A stretch of DNA of 24,000 bases, from sequence record MW316733.1; one strand, given 5' to 3'. The position numbers and the translations under genes were made by a program. Shown here one piece after another: positions 7,036-12,707 of the stretch. The stretch is from Acinetobacter phage Bestia. The notes beneath the pieces are model-generated. The model made no database searches, was not told the origin of the DNA, and saw nothing but the letters and a program-made list of their open reading frames with translations. Numbering within the stretch: position 1 is the first letter of the stretch; each line of letters starts with the position of its first letter.

Positions 7036-7113
7036 GGATTACCATAACCTAAAGGCTTGAAGGGGCGGTCTGCAACATCGTTGTTAGTGAGTTGAAGTCT
7101 CACATGGTAATCC
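7036..7113 (+). ncRNA. tRNA-like element lacking a canonical anticodon arm
   Basis: 10-bp closing helix GGATTACCAT (7036-7045)/ATGGTAATCC (7104-7113), contiguous with a T-arm-like GTGAG-TTGAAGT-CTCAC (7087-7103). GCAAC-ATC-GTTGT and a short CCT/AGG hairpin in the middle. No CCA. Confidence 0.55.
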
Positions 7114-7127
7114 AAAGTGATTTTTAT

Positions 7128-7215
7128 AGAGGTTAAACCAGATAGGTTCTGGGACACCCTGCTAAGGTGATCGTGTTAGAAATAGCATTCGGATCGAGAC
7201 CGATGGCCTCTGCCA
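7128..7215 (+). tRNA. tRNA-Ser(GCT)
   Basis: AGAGGTT/GGCCTCT, CCAG/CTGG D stem, anticodon loop CTGCTAA, long variable arm, TCGG-ATCGAGA-CCGA, G73, CCA. Confidence 0.85.
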
Positions 7216-7232
7216 AATTTGTTGTGTGCTCC

Positions 7233-7278
7233 ACAGGTTGATCCTGTTACGGTTATCTTCAAGACCAGACCGCAACAG
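7233..7278 (+). ncRNA. Small hairpins in the tRNA-Ser/tRNA-Val spacer
   Basis: ACAGG-TTGAT-CCTGT (7233-7247). Alternative CTGTT...AACAG helix enclosing CGGT/ACCG. Confidence 0.3.
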
Positions 7279-7308
7279 ATGAGTTATGCTTCTCTAAAAA
7301 GCAATTTT

Positions 7309-7384
7309 GATTCCTTAGCTCAATTGGTAGAGCATTTCCCTTACAAGGAAGGGGTTGTAGGTTCGAAACCTACAGGAATCACCA
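7309..7384 (+). tRNA. tRNA-Val(TAC)
   Basis: GATTCCT/AGGAATC, GCTC/GAGC, TTTCC-CTTACAA-GGAAG, T arm TGTAG-GTTCGAAA-CCTACA region, CCA. Confidence 0.93.
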
Positions 7385-7387
7385 AAT

Positions 7388-7478
7388 GGAGGAATAATCC
7401 GAGTTGGCCTAACGGATGCTGTCTTGAAAACAGTTAGGTGTAATAGCCGTGTGAGTTCGAGTCTCACTTTCTCCGCCA
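7388..7478 (+). tRNA. tRNA-Ser(TGA)
   Basis: GGAGGAA/TTTCTCC, anticodon arm CTGT-CTTGAAA-ACAG, long variable arm, GTGAG-TTCGAGT-CTCAC, G73, CCA. Confidence 0.92.
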
Positions 7479-7479
7479 A

Positions 7480-7553
7480 GCGTCTATAGTGTAGTGGTAA
7501 CACCCTGTACTTCCAATTCAGTATCTTCGGTTCGAATCCGAATGGACGCTCCA
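7480..7553 (+). tRNA. tRNA-Gly(TCC)
   Basis: GCGTCTA/TGGACGC, anticodon loop CTTCCAA, TTCGG-TTCGAAT-CCGAA, T73, CCA. Confidence 0.88.
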
Positions 7554-7565
7554 GATTATGTTTAT

Positions 7566-7691
7566 GGACACTTCCTAAAGTTCTTCCTACAGGTTCGAAA
7601 CTGTTTTAAGAATTGCTGGTGCTAGGTTTAGCGTCAAGAATCATTCGAAGGGTTCTTGGGGTGGTGAGTTCGATTCTCACAGTGTTCCCCC
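7566..7691 (+). ncRNA. tRNA-like element: canonical acceptor and T arm around a non-canonical about 90-nt core
   Basis: GGACACT (7566-7572)/AGTGTTC (7681-7687) contiguous with GTGAG-TTCGATT-CTCAC (7664-7680). The core contains AGTTCTT/AAGAATT (7579-7585/7608-7614) enclosing ACAG/CTGT, then GCTA-GGTT-TAGC and CAAGAA/TTCTTG hairpins. Ends CCCC, not CCA. Confidence 0.55.
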
Positions 7692-7706
7692 GATTTTAAA
7701 GTTTAT

Positions 7707-7783
7707 CTCTGTGTAGCTCAGTTTGGTAGAGCACTCGCTTTGGGAGTGAGGGGTCGTAAGTTCAATTCTTACTACAGAGACCA
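7707..7783 (+). tRNA. tRNA-Pro(TGG)
   Basis: CTCTGTG/TACAGAG, CTCGC-TTTGGGA-GTGAG, GTAAG-TTCAATT-CTTAC, A73, CCA. Confidence 0.92.
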
Positions 7784-7785
7784 GT

Positions 7786-7863
7786 TATGAAGTGTTTGTA
7801 CAGCTATCAGCTCACCGTTTAAAGGATACGGACAAGTCGGCTCGACTAAAGACTCACTTCATA
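7786..7863 (+). ncRNA. tRNA-sized four-way-junction element
   Basis: TATGAAGTG (7786-7794)/CACTTCATA (7855-7863), 9-bp perfect, enclosing three hairpins: AGCT-atc-AGCT, CCGT-ttaaaggat-ACGG, GTCG-gct-CGAC. Starts 2 nt after the tRNA-Pro CCA. Confidence 0.55.
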
Positions 7864-7870
7864 TGTTTTT

Positions 7871-7947
7871 GGGTAGTTGAAGGGAATGGCATACCTTTCA
7901 CGCTTAGAACGTGAAGTTTCTGAGTTCGAGTCTCAGACTACCTACCA
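7871..7947 (+). tRNA. tRNA-Leu(TAG) anticodon on a short-variable-loop body
   Basis: GGGTAGT/ACTACCT, TCACG-CTTAGAA-CGTGA, 5-nt variable region AGTTT, CTGAG-TTCGAGT-CTCAG, A73, CCA. Confidence 0.8.
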
Positions 7948-7953
7948 AATTCT

Positions 7954-8029
7954 GGGGATATAGCCCAACGGCAGAGGCAAGAGGTTTAAACCCTCTCCAG
8001 TTTCAGTTCGAGTCTGAATATCCCTACCA
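7954..8029 (+). tRNA. tRNA-Leu(TAA) anticodon on a short-variable-loop body
   Basis: GGGGATA/TATCCCT, AGAGG-TTTAAAC-CCTCT, 5-nt variable region CCAGT, TTCAG-TTCGAGT-CTGAA, A73, CCA. Confidence 0.85.
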
Positions 8030-8044
8030 ATTTAGGAGTGCTAC

Positions 8045-8326
8045 ATGGAAGTATTACTTGTTAGTGATTGTAGATGCCAAGAGCGTTATGACTTTGCAGA
8101 TATTGTAAGGGATGCTCAAGAACAAGGTATTAAAATTAAGTATTCGTTAGTTCCTAAGAAGATATCCTATGAAGATAGAACTTACACATTTGTTAATGTT
8201 GAAGATCTCACTAAGGATAAAAGTTGTATTGTTGGTAAAAAGTTTGATGATGTTTATTTGACACCAGAAGCTAAAGATGCTATACCTTTAGGGTTACTAT
8301 CATTTATACTGACAAGAATACGTTAA
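8045..8326 (+). CDS. Hypothetical protein inside tRNA cluster
   Basis: 93 aa with RBS TAGGAG upstream. Confidence 0.65.
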   Translation: MEVLLVSDCRCQERYDFADIVRDAQEQGIKIKYSLVPKKISYEDRTYTFVNVEDLTKDKSCIVGKKFDDVYLTPEAKDAIPLGLLSFILTRIR

Positions 8327-8333
8327 GGTTTAA

Positions 8334-8421
8334 GTCCCTACACCCTCCAAGAGCCTTCTAAGCTCTCGACATTAAATAGGGGGAAGGTAGTCAGAGTGTT
8401 CGATTCACTGTGGGGACTCCA
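8334..8421 (+). tRNA. Atypical tRNA, possibly Arg(TCT), without a recognisable D arm
   Basis: GTCCCTA/TGGGGAC, anticodon arm AGAGC-CTTCTAA-GCTCT starting only 9 nt after the acceptor, about 27-nt variable region, T arm AGTG-TTCGATT-CACT, CCA. Confidence 0.5.
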
Positions 8422-8434
8422 ATTAAAAGTTTAT

Positions 8435-8509
8435 TCCGAATTAGCTCAATGGTAGAGCAGCGCTTTTGTAATGCGAAGGTTGTGTGTTCGAATCACACAT
8501 TCGGAACCA
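8435..8509 (+). tRNA. tRNA-Thr(TGT)
   Basis: TCCGAAT/ATTCGGA, GCTC/GAGC, anticodon loop TTTGTAA, GTGTG-TTCGAAT-CACAC, A73, CCA. Confidence 0.9.
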
Positions 8510-8524
8510 ATTTATGAGGGTTTT

Positions 8525-8947
8525 ATGAGTACAAAAATAGAGTTGGAAAGTCCTTATAGTGAGGTTTATAGATCAGGTTACTTGGTTGTGAATCCAGAAG
8601 GTCGTAGAACTCTAATACTTTACAATTCTCATCGAGATAGAACATCTACGCAGTATGCTAGGTATTTAGTTTCTGTGAAGCTTGGGAGGTTTTTGACTTC
8701 AGATGAACAAGTTGATCATATAGATGGCGATAAAACAAATGACGATTTAGATAACTTACAGGTCCTATCTTTGGAAGAAAATGTTAGGAAGTCCAATAAG
8801 CTTCCTGATGTGACTTTGGTATGTCCTATTTGTCAAGTGGTGTTCACTAGAACTAGATCTCAACTACGTGGGAAGTTGTCCAAAGCTTTGGCTGGTAATT
8901 TATGCTGTTCTAGGTCATGTGGTGGTAGGATGTCTCACTTAACTTAG
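8525..8947 (+). CDS. HNH homing-type endonuclease
   Basis: Internal ATG (MSTKIELE...) with GAGGG upstream. LTSDEQVDHIDGDKTNDDLDNLQVLSLEENVRK is a clear HNH motif, with a C-terminal CxxC...CC zinc-binding-like region. The track start at 8471 lies inside tRNA-Thr. Confidence 0.88.
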   Translation: MSTKIELESPYSEVYRSGYLVVNPEGRRTLILYNSHRDRTSTQYARYLVSVKLGRFLTSDEQVDHIDGDKTNDDLDNLQVLSLEENVRKSNKLPDVTLVCPICQVVFTRTRSQLRGKLSKALAGNLCCSRSCGGRMSHLT

Positions 8948-9036
8948 GTCGTGTAGCTTAAAGAAAGCAAGAGGATTTATAAACCTTTTCACTAGATAAG
9001 TGCTTGATATGGGGGCAGTACCCATCACGACTACCA
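8947..9036 (+). pseudogene. tRNA-like / degenerate class II tRNA
   Basis: GGTCGTG/CACGACT acceptor, D-like GCTT-AAAGA-AAGC without GG, AGAGG-ATTTATAAA-CCTTT (9-nt loop), variable arm CACT-AGATA-AGTG, T-like ATGGG-GGCAGTA-CCCAT without TTCRA, CCA. Overlaps the last base of the HNH stop codon. Confidence 0.5.
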
Positions 9037-9042
9037 TATTCT

Positions 9043-9113
9043 AAGTCACCCTCTGGCGAGGAACAGGGTCTCCAAAGCCCAGTAGCAGCGTTCAATTCGC
9101 TGGTGGCTTGCCA
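9043..9113 (+). tRNA. Probable tRNA-Trp(CCA), reduced D arm
   Basis: AAGTCAC/GTGGCTT, GGGT-CTCCAAA-GCCC, CAGCG-TTCAATT-CGCTG, G73, CCA. D arm only CCTC-TGGC-GAGG. Confidence 0.65.
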
Positions 9114-9145
9114 AATAAAATGTTAAAAATAATTAAACAAAACAC

Positions 9146-9176
9146 TTGACAAATAGATTTTTAGTGTTATATATAA
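9146..9176 (+). promoter_or_regulatory. sigma70-like promoter
   Basis: TTGACA (9146-9151) followed at 16-20 nt by TATATATAAT, upstream of tRNA-Met and the thioredoxin-like gene. Confidence 0.7.
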
Positions 9177-9199
9177 TATATAAGCAATTAAGTTTTCAT

Positions 9200-9274
9200 A
9201 GCGAGGTAGTGTAACGGTTTGCACAGGGGACTCATAATCCTCTGGTTTGGGTTCGAATCCCAACTTCGCTTCCA
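9200..9274 (+). tRNA. tRNA-Met(CAT)
   Basis: AGCGAGG/CTTCGCT, GGGGA-CTCATAA-TCCTC, TTGGG-TTCGAAT-CCCAA, CCA. Confidence 0.9.
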
Positions 9275-9294
9275 GTTTCGGAGGATCAATTATC

Positions 9295-9609
9295 GTGTAT
9301 TTAGAACTAGTAGAAAATGAAGCATTTAGCCAGATTGGTACAAACCGAAAGGTTATCTTCAAATTTGGTGCAAAATGGTGCTCTGGTTGTAAAGCGATAA
9401 CTCCAGTCCTCAAAAAATTATCTGAACAAAATCCTGATATCGTATTTGTAGATATCGATATTGAGCAATCGAAAGCATTAGCTGAAAAATTTAATGTTCA
9501 GACCTTACCAACTTTCATATCTTTCCAAGAGTCCTTAAAGAAGGATACTATTGTAGGTACTCCTAAAATTACTCAGTTGAAAGAAATGATCACAAATATG
9601 CAAAAATAA
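9295..9609 (+). CDS. Thioredoxin-like protein
   Basis: GTG start (VYLELVENEAF...), RBS CGGAGG. KFGAKWCSGCKAITPVLKKL active site and the cis-Pro motif QTLPTFISF. Confidence 0.88.
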   Translation: MYLELVENEAFSQIGTNRKVIFKFGAKWCSGCKAITPVLKKLSEQNPDIVFVDIDIEQSKALAEKFNVQTLPTFISFQESLKKDTIVGTPKITQLKEMITNMQK

Positions 9610-9635
9610 TAATAAAAATACATCGGTTCCGTTCC

Positions 9636-9659
9636 AAACCTTTAGTTTAAGGTTTTTCT
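9636..9659 (+). terminator. Intrinsic terminator after thioredoxin-like gene
   Basis: AAACCTT-tagttt-AAGGTTT followed by TTC. Confidence 0.65.
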
Positions 9660-9664
9660 CCAAT

Positions 9665-9740
9665 CCCACTAACCAAATAACTGTTATGGATGACACAAGT
9701 CAATAATAGGGAATAATTAAGGTTAGTGGGTTTTCTTTTA
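9665..9740 (+). promoter_or_regulatory. Long-loop hairpin upstream of terL, terminator/attenuator-like
   Basis: CCCACTAACC (9665-9674)/GGTTAGTGGG (9721-9730) 10-bp perfect, 46-nt loop, followed by TTTTCTTTTA. Confidence 0.55.
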
Positions 9741-9756
9741 TTCAAGGAGTGTAAGT

Positions 9757-11187
9757 ATGAGTAACATATTTGCACCTTGCTCTCCAGTACAAGCGAAGCT
9801 ACTTCAAAGTGATGCCACAATCACAGTTTATGGTGGATCTATGGGTAGTGCTAAAACCTATGGAGGTCTACTAAGACACCTTCAATATGTAAATAGTCCA
9901 CATTATGTTGGTTACGTAATCCGTAAAAATGAAGTAGTTCTGAGGGCTGGTGGTGGTGCTTTTGAAGAAGCCAAAGCTTTATACAAGGCATTTGAGCCAA
10001 GAGTTAAAATCACAGAGAAACCTATGAGGTTTCGCTTTCCTTCTGGTGCTGTAATTAACTTTGCAGGTGCTGAAGATGAGAAAGCTATGGAAAAATATCG
10101 TGGTCTTAACTTAACTGGTGTAATGGTCGATGAAGGTACACAGTTATCAGAAAGACAAATTTGGTTCTTGATCTCTCGTTTGCGTAACGGTAAAGATCCA
10201 AACATTATGCCAAATATATGGATTACATGTAACCCTGACCCTGATAGTTATTTGTTTGAATGGGTTAAGTGGTATTTATATCCTGTAGGGCATCCTCTTG
10301 CTGGAAGACCTGATAAAGATAAGAATGGATTAAAAAGATATTTCGTATCGACTCCAGAAGGTTTAGTTTGGAGTGATAATGAACAGGAACTACTTGATAA
10401 GTATCCGCATTTATTTACAAAAGGGACTAGACCACTAAGTTTTAGATTTATTGGTGGTACAGTTTACGATAACCCACCTCTTCTTAAGAACTCACCTCAA
10501 TATCTTCAAAACCTACTCCAACAGAAAGACCGAGTAGTGCGAGAACGTGAGTTGTACGGTAACTGGTTTGCACGTAGGGAAGATTCAAGTTACTTCAACA
10601 GGTCTTGGTGTGAGATAGTTGATAAGCCTCCTGAAAGGGTCCGTAAAAGGGTTCGTTCTTGGGACTTGGCTTTCACATTACCAACTGAGACAAACCCAAA
10701 CCCCGATTATACCTGTGGTGTTCGTCTGAGTAAAGATGATGAAGGTACAATCTATGTTGAAGACATGGTTCTTGAAAGGGTTGGTTCTGGGCAAATTATT
10801 GAGTTAATTGCAAAGACTGGCCTAGAAGATGCTGAGATGTTTGGTGTTGTTGAAACAACAATCCCTCAAGATGCTGGTGGTATGGCTAAATTTGCAGCTA
10901 GGGATATGGCCTCTAAATTAAGAGAGTATGGTGTATCTCCTATTGTAGTTCCTGTAGGTAATAAAGGCAAGCTCGTTCGTTTTATTCCATTCTCAGGTGC
11001 AGCACAAAATAAACATGTGAAGATTGTACGTGGTGATTGGAATGCAGCCTTCTTTCATCAGTTAGAAGCTTTTGGAAGTGGAAATAAGGCTGTGCACGAT
11101 GATGCTGTCGATGCTGTTGCTGATGCTTATAAAAGAGTAGCAGAAAATAGAACGATTGACTATGCCATCGACTTAGCAGTTTTATAA
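9757..11187 (+). CDS. terL: Terminase large subunit
   Basis: 476 aa. Walker-A-like GGSMGSAKT, LTGVMVDEG Walker B, C-terminal nuclease-like RSWDLAFT and HDDAVDAVADA. Confidence 0.92.
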   Translation: MSNIFAPCSPVQAKLLQSDATITVYGGSMGSAKTYGGLLRHLQYVNSPHYVGYVIRKNEVVLRAGGGAFEEAKALYKAFEPRVKITEKPMRFRFPSGAVINFAGAEDEKAMEKYRGLNLTGVMVDEGTQLSERQIWFLISRLRNGKDPNIMPNIWITCNPDPDSYLFEWVKWYLYPVGHPLAGRPDKDKNGLKRYFVSTPEGLVWSDNEQELLDKYPHLFTKGTRPLSFRFIGGTVYDNPPLLKNSPQYLQNLLQQKDRVVRERELYGNWFARREDSSYFNRSWCEIVDKPPERVRKRVRSWDLAFTLPTETNPNPDYTCGVRLSKDDEGTIYVEDMVLERVGSGQIIELIAKTGLEDAEMFGVVETTIPQDAGGMAKFAARDMASKLREYGVSPIVVPVGNKGKLVRFIPFSGAAQNKHVKIVRGDWNAAFFHQLEAFGSGNKAVHDDAVDAVADAYKRVAENRTIDYAIDLAVL

Positions 11188-11197
11188 AGGAGTAGTC

Positions 11198-12700
11198 ATG
11201 GCTATAAATGAAGTACAAACAGTTTCTGGTTTCAGTGATACTGGAATGGTTGTTAAAAAACGTGTTAGAAGAAAAAAACTTGACCCAGTAAACGTTGAGT
11301 TAGGTGTTCATGGTAATACCTTCAAGGATTTAACTGAAATGAATTGGGATGCTCTAACATACCCAACAAGCCTTGAAACATACAAATTAATGGGTAAACA
11401 TTTAGTTATCTCTTCAGCACTTAATTTAATTTCAACCATGATGGCTAGAGTTCCTTGGAGAATTGAAGCTTACGAGCCTAAAGAGGCTGATATAAAGAAT
11501 GCTAAATTTATCACTGAAGTGTTTAATGACATGGATGAAGGTTGGCAGACTTTTATTTCAGAAGTATCAACAATGAACCAATATGGACATTCTGTTCATG
11601 AGATTGTTTTAAGATACAGAAGATTTGAGGAAGGTTCACGATACAATGATGGTAAGATTGGTTTAAAATATTTACCAATTAGATCACAACACAGTATTGC
11701 TGAATGGGTTTATGACCCTAATGGTAGAACCTTGCTAGGTATTACTCAGAAGATTCCTCAAACTAAAAAATATATGGGTTATAAAGAAAAAGAAATCTTT
11801 ATTCCTATTGAAAGTCTCTTAATTTTCAGAGTCAATCCTCAAGATGGTAGCCCTATTGGGACAAGCCCTTTAGATGGATGCTATAGTGCTTGGAGATACT
11901 TGGTAACTTATCAAGAAATTGAAGGTACAACTGTTAGTAAAAACCTTAACGGTGTGGGTATTTTTAAAATCCCATCTAAGTATATGGCTGAGCATGCCAC
12001 TCCAGCAGACCGAAAGGTTTATGAGAATGCAAAACGTATTGTTTCTAATGTGAACAATGGTGAGCAAGCTGGTATGGTTATCCCTTCAGATTTTGATGAA
12101 ATTAGTGGTAAGCCTTACTTTGGTTTTGAAGTTATTAACTCTACAGCATCTAATACATCTGTTACAGGTGAAATTGTTAAAAGATACACCAATGAAATTC
12201 TTCAATGCTTGAGTGCAGATTTATTACAACTTGGTTCTACTAATACTGGTTCTTACTCTCTTGCCGATAGTAAAACTTCTCTAGTAGAAACTGTAGTTGA
12301 ATCTCGTATGATGGTTATTAAAGAATTAATGAATAGGAAGTTAATTCCAATCATTGCAGAAGCTAATGGTATGGATTTAGAAAGACTACCTAAATTTGAA
12401 TTTGGTGATATCTCTAGACCAGACCTTGAAACTTTCGCTAAGGCAACCCAACAACTTACTGCTGTTAATATGGTATATCGCTCAGCACGTAATGTCAACA
12501 GAATTGCAGAGATTCTAAGTCTTCCTGACATGGTTGACCCTGATATCTCTAAAGAGGAACTTGACAAGTTACTTGGTGTTGACCAAGAAATGCAAAGTAA
12601 GAGTGGTAAAGGTTACGCTTCTGATACTGGTGGACTTAATGGAACATCAAATAAAGTAGCCAAGAAGGATAACTCAGCAAATAATTTACAAAATAAGTGA
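11198..12700 (+). CDS. Portal protein
   Basis: 500 aa directly downstream of terL. EAYEPKEADIKNAKFITEVFNDMDEGWQTFISEVSTMNQYGHSVHEIV and PIESLLIFRVNPQDGSPIGTSPLDGCYSAWRYL resemble portal (DUF935-type) signatures. Confidence 0.85.
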   Translation: MAINEVQTVSGFSDTGMVVKKRVRRKKLDPVNVELGVHGNTFKDLTEMNWDALTYPTSLETYKLMGKHLVISSALNLISTMMARVPWRIEAYEPKEADIKNAKFITEVFNDMDEGWQTFISEVSTMNQYGHSVHEIVLRYRRFEEGSRYNDGKIGLKYLPIRSQHSIAEWVYDPNGRTLLGITQKIPQTKKYMGYKEKEIFIPIESLLIFRVNPQDGSPIGTSPLDGCYSAWRYLVTYQEIEGTTVSKNLNGVGIFKIPSKYMAEHATPADRKVYENAKRIVSNVNNGEQAGMVIPSDFDEISGKPYFGFEVINSTASNTSVTGEIVKRYTNEILQCLSADLLQLGSTNTGSYSLADSKTSLVETVVESRMMVIKELMNRKLIPIIAEANGMDLERLPKFEFGDISRPDLETFAKATQQLTAVNMVYRSARNVNRIAEILSLPDMVDPDISKEELDKLLGVDQEMQSKSGKGYASDTGGLNGTSNKVAKKDNSANNLQNK

Positions 12701-12707
12701 GGTACTA

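Noticed and set aside
5667-7157. Minus-strand ORFs 5667-5912, 6073-6309, 6735-7157 and 6817-7011
   Set aside because: They lie antisense over tRNAs and structured spacers, have tRNA-derived peptides (e.g. ALEAGFEPTTHRLTIC) and no convincing context.
7219-7437. Plus-strand ORF 7219-7437
   Set aside because: Runs through tRNA-Val and into tRNA-Ser. The peptide SLAQLVEHFPYKEGVVGSKPT is the translation of a tRNA gene.
7566-7691. tmRNA
   Set aside because: Has acceptor and T arm but only 126 nt, no tag ORF, no Ala-type ends and no CCA.
8471-8524. Upstream extension of HNH ORF
   Set aside because: This part is tRNA-Thr sequence. ATG at 8525 has its own RBS-like GAGGG.
4946-9274. CRISPR array
   Set aside because: No regularly spaced direct repeats. 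The recurrence of GGTTCGAA-type strings is due to tRNA T loops.
9247-9294. Upstream extension of the thioredoxin ORF
   Set aside because: Overlaps tRNA-Met. GTG at 9295 with CGGAGG upstream is more plausible.
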